DNA from: a virus
Reading direction: 5' to 3' (one strand)
IMG/VR virus record: IMGVR_UViG_3300045412_000547
DNA: 64,000 nucleotides
In this document: piece by piece, positions 11,254 to 20,300 of the stretch
Layout of the letters: the number at the start of each line of letters is the position of its first letter
How positions within the stretch are numbered: position 1 is the stretch's first letter
Translations under genes and position numbers: made by a program
Notes under the pieces: model-generated
What the model was told of the DNA's origin: nothing
The model's input: the letters and a program-made list of their open reading frames with translations, nothing else
The model's database searches: none

Positions 11254-14200
11254 TAGTAATTTAATATATTTATTGTGCCTATCATATTGCTATGCACTGT
11301 GCACTGATAAAAAATAACATTAGGTGTACCGCTTGTAGGAGTGAATAATACTCTACCACTTGTTTTACCATTAACAATATCGTTATTATAAGTACCGTTT
11401 ACAGGATTTGTTGTATCACCACTTGCGTTTCTCAGAGCAAACGGATGACCTCCTAGATTAAGTATAAAATCATAATTTGTTCCACGGTAACAAGTAAGTG
11501 TGGGATTATTAGTTCCAAATTGTGAAATGTTATAGTATTGTCCAGGAGCAGAAACAGTTAAAGGCACAAAACTCGCAATATAAGTACTATTCACAATAGG
11601 TAATGTAACCGTTGGCGTGGGTGTGGGTGTAACCGGTAAACCAGATGCTGTGGGTGTAGGTGTAATATTGATGCAGGCCGAGCTGGTGGCCGAAGTGGGC
11701 TTACCTCCAAGAGTGCCTGTAAACCCAGAGCTAGTCGGGCAGTAGTAAATCGTCAGGTTAACGTGGGTGCCAGAGAAAACATTATTCCCCACCGTGGGAG
11801 CATTGCCCTGCATGGTGATGCTGGTAAGGCTGGTGCAGCCTTGGAACGCAGCATACCCAATGCTGGTCACGCTGTTGGGGATGGTGATGCTGGCAAGGCT
11901 GGTGCAACTAGCGAACACATAACCCCCAATGCTGGTCACACCGCTACCGATGGTGACGCTGGTAAGGCTGGAGCAATTTTCGAACGTCTGAGACCCAATG
12001 CTTCTCACGCCGCTACCGATGGTGACGCTGGCGAGGCCGGTGCAACTTTGGAACGCATAATCCCCAATGCTGGTCACGCTGTCGGGGATGATGATGCTGG
12101 TAAGGCCGGTACAATGAAAGAACGCAAAAATCCCAATGCTGGTCACGCTGGTGGGGATGGTGATGCTGGAAAAGCTGCAACCAGCGAACGCATTATTCCC
12201 AATGCTTCTCACGCCGCTACCGATGGTGACGCTGGCAAGGCTATTGCAACTAGAGAACGCATAATCCCCTATGCTGGTCACGCTGTCGGGGATGGTGATG
12301 CTGGCAAGGCTGCGGCAATTATAGAACGCATAAGTCCCAATGCTGGTCACGCTGTTGGGAATGGTGATGCTGGCAAGGCTGATGCAATTATAGAACACCC
12401 AACCCCCAATGCTAGTCACGCTGTCGGGGATGGTGACACTGGCAAGGCTGAAGCAACCAGAGAACGCTTCATTCCCAATGCTGGTCACATATAAACCAAT
12501 TTTTACAGCGGTTAAAGTTTTGTTGACGTTCCAGCTAGACTTGTACAACACCGTATCACTGCTGGTGCTGGTGGTTCCATCACTGTAATAAAAAATAGTC
12601 ACAGATGATGTACGGGTGGGGGTTAATGTTGGTGTGCTAGTAGGAGTTGGCGTGGGTGTGGGTGTAACCGGTAAACCAGATGCTGTGGGTGTAGGTGTAA
12701 TATTGATGCAGGCCGAGCTGGTGGCCGAAGTGGGCTTACCTCCAAGAGTGCCTGTAAACCCAGAGCTAGTCGGGCAGTAGTAAATCGTCAGGTTAACGTG
12801 GGTGTTATAGAAAACATTATTCCCCACCGTGGGAGCATTGCCCTGCATGGTGATGCTGGTAAGGCTGGAGCAGCCTTGGAACGCACCATACCCAATGCTG
12901 GTCACGCTGTTGGGGATGGTGATGCTGGCAAGGCTGGTGCAACTAACGAACGCATAACCCCCAATGCTGGTCACGCCGCTACCGATGGTGACGCTGGTAA
13001 GGCTGGAGCAACCAGTGAACGCACTATTCCCAATGCTGGTCACGCCGCTACCGATGGTGACGCTGGTAAGGCTGGTGCAATTATTGAACGCAATATCCCC
13101 AATGCTGGTCACGCTGTCGGGGATGGTGATGCTGGTAAGGCTGGAGCAATATTCGAACGCATGATGCCCAATGCTGGTCACGCTGTTGGGGATGGTGATG
13201 CTGGAAAGGCTGGTGCAATAAGAGAACGCCTCCGACCCAATGCTAGTCACGCTGTTGGGGATGGTGATGCTGACAAGGCTGAAGCAACCAGAGAACGCTT
13301 CATTCCCAATGCTGGTCACATATAAACCAATTTTTACAGCGGTTAAAGTTTTGTTGACGTTCCAGCTAGACTTGTACAACACCGTATCACTGCTGGTGCT
13401 GGTGGTTCCATCACTGTAATAGAAAATAGTCACAGATGATGTACGGGTTGGTGTAGGTGTTATTGTAGGTGTAGGTGTTATGGTGGGTGTAGGTGTAATA
13501 TTGATGCAGGCTGAGTCGTCGGGCACGGTGGGCTTACCTCCAAGAGTGTCTGTAAACCCAGAGCTAGTCGGGCAGTAGTAAATCGTCAGGTTAACGTGGG
13601 TGCTTGAGAAAGCGCCATCCCCCACCGTGGGGGCATTCCCCTGCATGGTGATGCTAGTAAGGCTAGTGCAATTAAAGAACGCATAATCCCCAATGCTGGT
13701 CACGCTGTTGGGGATGGTGACGCTGGCAAGGCTGGTGCAATTAAAGAACGCAAAATTCCCAATGCTGGTCACGCTGTCGGGGATGGTGACGCTGGCAAGG
13801 CTGGTGCAACCATAGAACGCACTATACCCAATGCTGGTCACGCTGTTGGGGATGGTGATGCTGGTAAGGCTGGAGCAATTTCTGAACGCACCATACCCAA
13901 GGCTGGTCACATATAAACCAATTTCTACAGCGGTTAAAGTTTTGTTGATGTTCCTGCTGGAATCTAACAACACCGTATCACTGCTGGTGCTGGTGGTTCC
14001 ATCACTGTAATAGAAAATAGTCACAGATGATGTACGGGTGGGGGTTAATGTTGGTGTGCTAGTAGGAGTTGGCGTGGGTGTTGGTGTAGCAGGATTGCCC
14101 GATAATGTTGGCGTGGGTGTAGTAGGATTGCCCGATAATGTTGGCGTGGGTGTAGTAGGATTGCCCGATAATGTAACCGAAGGAGTTGGTGTGGGTGTAG

Positions 14201-14492
14201 TAGGATTGCCCGATAATGTAACCGAAGGAGTTGGTGTGGGTGAGGGCAATGGGTTATTTAGCGTTATATTATTTTTAGCCACAACTATATATCCTGAATT
14301 ACTAATAAAATGGGTAAATTGCGGGGCAATATCGAATGGTCTGTAGGTTCTTAGGACGTATTGAGATGGGGCTACTATTTGTACCGCACATAAAGAAGCG
14401 CTAATCGAGCTTAATGCTATAGGTACTTCAAAAGGATATTGAAATACGGAGTATTTACCAAAAGAATCGCCAGGCAAAATAATCTGATTCAT
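11253..14492 (-). CDS. BspA-type (LRR_5) leucine-rich repeat protein with three LRR modules, Thr-Pro linkers and a C-terminal cupredoxin-like domain; probable receptor-binding protein
   Basis: 21 repeats of VTSIGxxAFxxCxSLxS(I/V)TIP(N/D)S in blocks of 4, 7 and 10; C-terminal HPF..YQCTVHSNMIGTI. Confidence 0.9.
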   Translation of the reverse strand: MNQIILPGDSFGKYSVFQYPFEVPIALSSISASLCAVQIVAPSQYVLRTYRPFDIAPQFTHFISNSGYIVVAKNNITLNNPLPSPTPTPSVTLSGNPTTPTPTPSVTLSGNPTTPTPTLSGNPTTPTPTLSGNPATPTPTPTPTSTPTLTPTRTSSVTIFYYSDGTTSTSSDTVLLDSSRNINKTLTAVEIGLYVTSLGYGAFRNCSSLTSITIPNSVTSIGYSAFYGCTSLASVTIPDSVTSIGNFAFFNCTSLASVTIPNSVTSIGDYAFFNCTSLTSITMQGNAPTVGDGAFSSTHVNLTIYYCPTSSGFTDTLGGKPTVPDDSACINITPTPTITPTPTITPTPTRTSSVTIFYYSDGTTSTSSDTVLYKSSWNVNKTLTAVKIGLYVTSIGNEAFSGCFSLVSITIPNSVTSIGSEAFSYCTSLSSITIPNSVTSIGHHAFEYCSSLTSITIPDSVTSIGDIAFNNCTSLTSVTIGSGVTSIGNSAFTGCSSLTSVTIGSGVTSIGGYAFVSCTSLASITIPNSVTSIGYGAFQGCSSLTSITMQGNAPTVGNNVFYNTHVNLTIYYCPTSSGFTGTLGGKPTSATSSACINITPTPTASGLPVTPTPTPTPTSTPTLTPTRTSSVTIFYYSDGTTSTSSDTVLYKSSWNVNKTLTAVKIGLYVTSIGNEAFSGCFSLASVTIPDSVTSIGGWVFYNCISLASITIPNSVTSIGTYAFYNCRSLASITIPDSVTSIGDYAFSSCNSLASVTIGSGVRSIGNNAFAGCSFSSITIPTSVTSIGIFAFFHCTGLTSIIIPDSVTSIGDYAFQSCTGLASVTIGSGVRSIGSQTFENCSSLTSVTIGSGVTSIGGYVFASCTSLASITIPNSVTSIGYAAFQGCTSLTSITMQGNAPTVGNNVFSGTHVNLTIYYCPTSSGFTGTLGGKPTSATSSACINITPTPTASGLPVTPTPTPTVTLPIVNSTYIASFVPLTVSAPGQYYNISQFGTNNPTLTCYRGTNYDFILNLGGHPFALRNASGDTTNPVNGTYNNDIVNGKTSGRVLFTPTSGTPNVIFYQCTVHSNMIGTINILNY
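11660..14040. repeat. Triplicated LRR module (cap + 69-bp tandem repeats + cap)
   Basis: Near-identical DNA caps (SSVTIFYYSDGTTSTSSDTVL; THVNLTIYYCPTSSGFT) flank arrays at about 11660-12620, 12700-13450 and 13500-14040. Confidence 0.95.
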
Positions 14493-15104
14493 ATGTTATT
14501 ATTTATTTTTTTTAAGATAAATTTACAACTCCATTTACAAAAATACCTGTAAATTGATAATTATTTCCTGGAGTACTATTTAATTTATATCCAAAAGATG
14601 TACCTAATCTATCTGTTGTAAAATTAATAAAACTTCTAAAACTACCGCTTAAATTTACAGTCATAGTAACAAAATCAATCGAACTACCACCATTATTAAA
14701 ATAAACAGTATCAGCATAGTTGTAGGGTGAAACGGAATTAATTTCTATCTTTTGACCCGGGCTAACATTTTCTGGACCTACTAAAGAAAATAGAAAGTTA
14801 GTACTAGAAGTTAATGACGGTGTCACACTGGGCGTTGCTGTTGTTGTAGGAGTAACCGGTAAACCAGATGCTGTGGGTGTAGTGCCCGGAATTCTTGTAG
14901 GTGTAAGCGTTTGGGTAGGGGTAGGGGTAGGTGTTGGTGTTGTTGTAGGAGTAACCGGTAAACCAGATGCTGTGGGTGTTGGTGTAGCAGGATTGCCCGA
15001 TAATGTAACCGAAGGAGTTGGCGTGGGTGTAGCAGGATTGCCCGATAATGTAACCGAAGGAGTTGGCGTGGGTGTAGCAGGATTGCCCGATAATGTTGGC
15101 GTGG
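14083..15104. repeat. 33/45-bp TPTP(SV)TLSGNP linker repeats shared between two adjacent genes
   Basis: ggattgcccgataatgt-containing units occur 4 times at about 14083-14240 and 3 times at about 14981-15104. Confidence 0.9.
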
Positions 15105-16086
15105 TGGGAGGGGTAGGAGTAGGGGTAGTCGGTAAACTAGATGCTGTTGATGTCGCTGTAGGTGTAATGCCCGGAATTCTTGTAGGTGTAAGTGTCTGAG
15201 TAGGTGTTTGTGTAGGGGTGGGTGTTGCTCCGGTATTAAAATATACGTTTCCTGCTATAAATGTACTGAAAAATTGTGGGTATGATTTATTAAACCCTTG
15301 TAGGCTATAACCAAACGGCTGACTAATTCTTGTTGATTCAAAGTCAACCTGAATTCTAGCTCTACCATCTACCCATATACGCATGGGGGGAATAGCAGGC
15401 AACCCTCCAGTGCTTACCCCATTAAAACAAAAACTATCTAAATAGTTTTCAGCTGAAAATAAAGAAATATCTTCAACAGTATTATTACCTTCAACACAAT
15501 ATGAAAATGGGTTCGGTGTTGTCGAAGGAGTAATTGAAGGAGTAATTGATGGAGTGCTTGTTTGAGATGAGGTTGGAGTATTGGTAGGTGAAGGAGTTAG
15601 TGTAGAAGTAGCGATAGGAGTAGGTGAATTTGAAGGTGTAGGTGTTTGTGTTGGTGTTTCTGATCGTGTTTCTGATGGTGTTTCTGATGGTGTGACTCCT
15701 ATAGTTAGTGTAGGGGTGCAGGTATTCGTGATTGTAGGTGTATTTGTAGGAGTTTCTGTTTGTGTTGGCGTTGCTGTTAAAGTATTGGAAGGCGTAGGTG
15801 ATTTGGTAACTGAAGGTGTAGGTGATTTGGTAACTGAAGGTGTAGGTGTATTTGTAGCTGTTTGAGAAGGCGTTACTGATGCGGTTGGTGTGTTCGAGGG
15901 AGTTATAGAAGGAGTAGGTGAATTCGTTGGGGTTGATGTTACAGGTATACCTAGATCCGCAGCGATGCCCACAAATCCTTCTTGCATAATTTTTTCAAAA
16001 CTCGTGCGACTTAATCGCTCTCTACGTAGACGATCGTTTGTACTTAAGTTGTCTAAAACCCGCGGATCTTTTTTACGCACAGCCAT
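14512..16086 (-). CDS. Mucin-like Thr/Pro/Ser-rich virion protein with two copies of a small beta-rich domain
   Basis: TPTP repeats plus two related domains (VDFESTRISQPFGYSL..FIAGNVYF and INFTTDRLGTSFGYKL..FVNGVVNL); late box upstream. Confidence 0.6.
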   Translation of the reverse strand: MAVRKKDPRVLDNLSTNDRLRRERLSRTSFEKIMQEGFVGIAADLGIPVTSTPTNSPTPSITPSNTPTASVTPSQTATNTPTPSVTKSPTPSVTKSPTPSNTLTATPTQTETPTNTPTITNTCTPTLTIGVTPSETPSETRSETPTQTPTPSNSPTPIATSTLTPSPTNTPTSSQTSTPSITPSITPSTTPNPFSYCVEGNNTVEDISLFSAENYLDSFCFNGVSTGGLPAIPPMRIWVDGRARIQVDFESTRISQPFGYSLQGFNKSYPQFFSTFIAGNVYFNTGATPTPTQTPTQTLTPTRIPGITPTATSTASSLPTTPTPTPPTTPTLSGNPATPTPTPSVTLSGNPATPTPTPSVTLSGNPATPTPTASGLPVTPTTTPTPTPTPTQTLTPTRIPGTTPTASGLPVTPTTTATPSVTPSLTSSTNFLFSLVGPENVSPGQKIEINSVSPYNYADTVYFNNGGSSIDFVTMTVNLSGSFRSFINFTTDRLGTSFGYKLNSTPGNNYQFTGIFVNGVVNLS

Positions 16087-16223
16087 TTATATTATTTAAG
16101 CACTACAAAAGCATTCTTCTAAAATTAATTTCCTGTCTTAAAATCATCACCTTTTTTTATAGCATAACTAATAAATTGTCAAAATCTTTAGTTCTTTTTA
16201 TATATCCCAATTAATTATTAATT

Positions 16224-17333
16224 TTATGTTATAACGAAATTACCACCTATATCATCGTATCCAACGCCCTGTTGCGTGCCTGGTGTTTGAGTAACAGATG
16301 GTGTTATAGAGGGCGTTATAGTATTTGAAGGGGTAATAGAGGGCGTTATAGTATTTGAAGGGGTAATAGAGGGCGTTATAGTATTTGAAGGGGTAATAGA
16401 GGGCGTTATAGTTCTTGTAACTGAAGGTGTAACTGTGCTTGTAGAAGTACGGGTTACTGTATTTGTCGGTGTTGCTAAAGGTGTCTTGGTAGCTGTAGGT
16501 GTTGGTGATAAGCCAGGGGTTGCAGTATTTGTAGGAGCAGGAGTATTAGTCGGCGTTGTTTGAGGTGTAGGTGTATTAGAAGGGGTTGCTAAAGGCGTTG
16601 ATTGAGGCGTCGTTGTTGGTGTTGCTGTAGGAGTTCTTGTAGGTGCTAAAGTTGGAACAGGAGTATTTGTTGGTGTAGGTGATAAGTTCGGTATAAGCGT
16701 GGTTGTAGGTGTAGATGTGGCCGTCGACGTGGCTGTAGGTGTAGATGTGGCCGTCGACGTGGCTGTAGGTGTAGATGTGGCTGTAGGTGTAGATGTGGCT
16801 GTCGACGTGGCTGTAGGTGTAGATGTGTTTATTGGTGTGGCTGTAGGTGTAGGTGTGTTTGTTGGAGTTGCAGTCGACGTGGCTGTAGGTGTTAAATCTG
16901 GTGTAGAAGTTGCTTGAGGTGTACCTGTATTTGTTGGTGTTTTAGTTATAGTTGGTGTAACAGAGCTTGTTATATTAGGAGATACGTATGGTGTACCTGT
17001 TTGAGTAGGAGTAAGAGTAGGAGTAGCTAATGACGTTTTAGTGGGCGTTTGTATAGCGGTTCCAGTTGGCGTATTAGTTATTGTAAGGGTAAGGGTTGGA
17101 GTTGGTGTCAATAACGCAGTTGGGGTTAGTGAAGGACCAGAGGAAGGCGTTGCTGTAGGAGTCGGCGTGGATGTTATTGAAGCAGTTGGTGTTTGTTTGG
17201 GTTCTATTGCTTGATCTCGAGCTACAGGGTCTTTACCTAATACAGACTTATATAAAGGAGAAAGTCTATCTAATTTATTTTTTCTTTTAAAGTTATTATT
17301 ATTAATAACTTCTTCAATAGGTAATATGGCCAT
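16224..17333 (-). CDS. Almost entirely mucin-like Thr-Pro protein
   Basis: About 300 of 369 aa are T/P/S/A repeats; short basic N-terminus and C-terminal [14 protein letters not shown]. Confidence 0.65.
   Translation of the reverse strand: MAILPIEEVINNNNFKRKNKLDRLSPLYKSVLGKDPVARDQAIEPKQTPTASITSTPTPTATPSSGPSLTPTALLTPTPTLTLTITNTPTGTAIQTPTKTSLATPTLTPTQTGTPYVSPNITSSVTPTITKTPTNTGTPQATSTPDLTPTATSTATPTNTPTPTATPINTSTPTATSTATSTPTATSTPTATSTATSTPTATSTATSTPTTTLIPNLSPTPTNTPVPTLAPTRTPTATPTTTPQSTPLATPSNTPTPQTTPTNTPAPTNTATPGLSPTPTATKTPLATPTNTVTRTSTSTVTPSVTRTITPSITPSNTITPSITPSNTITPSITPSNTITPSITPSVTQTPGTQQGVGYDDIGGNFVIT
16306..16412. repeat. Perfect 30-bp tandem repeat ([10 protein letters not shown]), about 3.5 copies
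   Basis: atagagggcgttatagtatttgaaggggta repeated in tandem. Confidence 0.95.
16705..16826. repeat. 18/30-bp tandem repeats ([10 protein letters not shown])
   Basis: gtaggtgtagatgtggc(c/t)gtcgacgtggct units. Confidence 0.9.
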
Positions 17334-17336
17334 ACA

Positions 17337-20300
17337 TTACTCCAATACATTTAATCCTTTTGAAAGATAAAAAGAAAACAGATTTTCAACTATTCCCTTA
17401 TCTGATATCCAGTTTGTATATGAACTATTAAATGGAGATAAAGTAGTAAGACCGTCTTTCCAATTTATTATGTTATTGTAAAAAGTATTTTCCGGCTTAT
17501 CTATAAATTCAAAAAATTTATAGTAGTTTCCTATATAAGATCCAGATATTGTATCAGATGCTACTAATCCCCATCCCCAATCATTAGAATAAGATGAAAG
17601 AGGTACTGTGCTTAAAAGTGTAAATCTAGATTCATTTACTAGATTGTATGTGTCGGAAAATATTTCATATGCAATAATAGGTACCCCTATTGAAATTTTA
17701 CTAGTAAGAACAGATAATTCAGTACCGCGATTTACAGCATAATAAGAATTATTTACAGATCCTTTATCATAAAAATTTAAATTAAATTTATTTTGATCGC
17801 CCCATAAAATATTATGTTTTAATGAAAGTAAATTAACTAATCTTTTTAGGTTAGGAGGAAACGGATAGTTATAATCTTCAAATTGAATCCCTAATTCGTA
17901 GCAAAACGATATTAGCGAATCAACATTACATTTGTCAATATCACCATTATTATCAATAAAATTAGCTATTTTTTCATAAACAGTCTTACCTAGTGTATAC
18001 GGCATAGAACTTACATTACCTACTATTGTTCCTAAAAACGTATCTAAAAAATTGTTATAGCTAAGCATAAAATCTTGAAAAGTAATCTGCTTATAGTATT
18101 CCGTCATATCAAAATTTTCATTTTCTTTTGTAAGTTCATACTTACCATTGGAAGAATATATATTAAAGACTGCAGAAGTACCTGTAATGGTTCTAACTAA
18201 GGATTCAGAATACATGTATTTGTTAATCCATCTAAATCCGTTCCAATCGCCGTATGCTTGATATCTTTTTTCCTCCCATGCAGAAATAGGATAAGATGTA
18301 TCATCCAGCATACCCGGTAATAATGAAGCACTGTTTATCGGGTATGGCGGGTAAAACGCATCCACATAATAAATTCTTCCATCAATGTTATTAATAGCCC
18401 ATATATACTGAGATGTATCACATATAATACCGTCAATGCTTTGAATATGACTTGTGTTATTAGCAGACCCTACCTTAACATCTGTACGTTGGGCTGTATA
18501 TGCATCAATACGTGAAATAGTATCCCGATCATGTGAAACCCATGCATTCTGTCCACCATCTACACAAATATTACCAATTAATCTAAAGCCGGACAACGGA
18601 TATTGAGGAATTAAATTGCCGTTAAAATCATATTTAAATAAATAATCGTTCCTAGATGATAAACTAAATGCACTTATTGTAGAATTGTTTAAGCAGGTTA
18701 CCCAAACCATTTTATTTCTATCTACGCAAACTTCTACCGGTGAGTATAATGGTACGAACGGAATTACTTTTATTGTACTGCCGTATGTATTGTATTTTAT
18801 TAGTAGAGAGCTTATCGGGTGCGTATAAGCAACCCAAAGATTATTATCAAAATCAGTATCTACAGAAGAAGGTAGAAGAGTATTTTCACCAGCAAAACCG
18901 CTAAGCTGAGGTAAATTATAATCAGAACTTAAATGATAAACTAAATTTTGATAATGCGGGTATGCTATATTTGTTATGACACCCGACAGCGCATGTACTT
19001 TAACTGTTGAAATACTGTCAAACAAGGATACCCATATATCTGAATTTTTATCTAACGCAATACTATTAGGAGCAGCGCTACTTAATACCGGTGATCTATA
19101 ATTCAAATAAGCTACATTACCACTTGAATCTATAATAGTCTTAAAAGAAGTAAAGTCGAAAGAAGATAAAATTTCACCGGTGTTAGCATTTAATTTAAGA
19201 AGAGTATCTGCTACACCGTCTGCTACCCATGGGCGGTAGTCTTCTTCTACACCAGCTCCGGAAATTGCACATGCAATAGCGTATTGATTTCTGTTTTCAT
19301 CAACAAATATATTTGTTTTTTGTGATGAGAGAAATATACCTACGGTACCTAAGCAAGAACTTATAATTTGCTGTCTAAAAAACCTTCCAATATATCTAGA
19401 TTGTGGCTGTGCGATCCAAGAGATAAGAGTATCTTTAGGAAAATTAACGGGGTCTTCTACTAATACGGAACCCGTAAGCACTACATTTTCTACTGAGTAA
19501 GGGCTTACTAGATATCCTTTGAAAAAGCCTCCAATAGTGTGCGGTGTCTCTTCATTAAAATCTTCATAAAAAGATATGCCTGTTAAAGGTGTATATGTTT
19601 CATTACTAAAAACCTTAGAATATTTGCATAAACCAAATTTTAAATCGTAGTAACCAGTAGCCGTTCTTGTATCCGTTAAAGATGATGATAGTGGTGGGTA
19701 TGTTTTTGTTGTATAGTTTTCGTTATCTTTAAATTTTATAACGAAAGGTATTTCTGAATTTTGCCAGCTATGGTATGGTATGTCGAACGAAGTTGCTGAT
19801 AAATGACCTTCGCCGTCAATACCGTTAGTAGTAATAGAAAGACGTTGAGCAGGGTTATGTCTAACCTTAATAATAGGCATAGTAGTATAATTAATATTTT
19901 GAAACCCGCCCGGTGGGTAAAGAACAAAATCAAAAATATTACTGTATGTTGAATAAAAATCTTTAAACTTACTATTATCAATGGACGCAAAAATAATTAT
20001 TGGGTTTTCTCTTGATGTGTAATTTTTTACTTTATCATCAACGTAGTGTGCTTCGCATTGTCCAGTTGTACCACAAAAGAAGGACCCAGGATCATTTTTG
20101 TTACACAAAACTAATTGCTTATTATCATTTATTCTTGCATAAATTAAAACATTAGTAGTGCTTAACTTATCAACAACAACATACTGTTCAGTGTCGCCTA
20201 TTTTAAATTTACCGTAAAATCTTGAAAGAAGTCTAAGATGTGACCATTTATCGCTGTAATACCTACTAACATTAAGATAATCACCAGAAGCACCAGAAGC

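Noticed and set aside
11763-13325. Plus-strand repeat ORFs (PNAGHAVGDGDAGKAG) of 243 and 175 aa
   Set aside because: They are antisense shadows of the GC-rich LRR repeats.
11810-13912. Regular conserved/variable alternation resembling a CRISPR array
   Set aside because: The period is 69 bp in frame, the variable parts are only 6-nt patches, the array encodes canonical BspA LRRs, and no cas genes are present.
4122-16917. Plus-strand Gly/Val-rich ORFs (e.g. 4122, 5286, 14038, 14873, 15581, 16699)
   Set aside because: They are antisense shadows of Thr-Pro repeat codons, which lack stops on the opposite strand, and have no promoter or start context.
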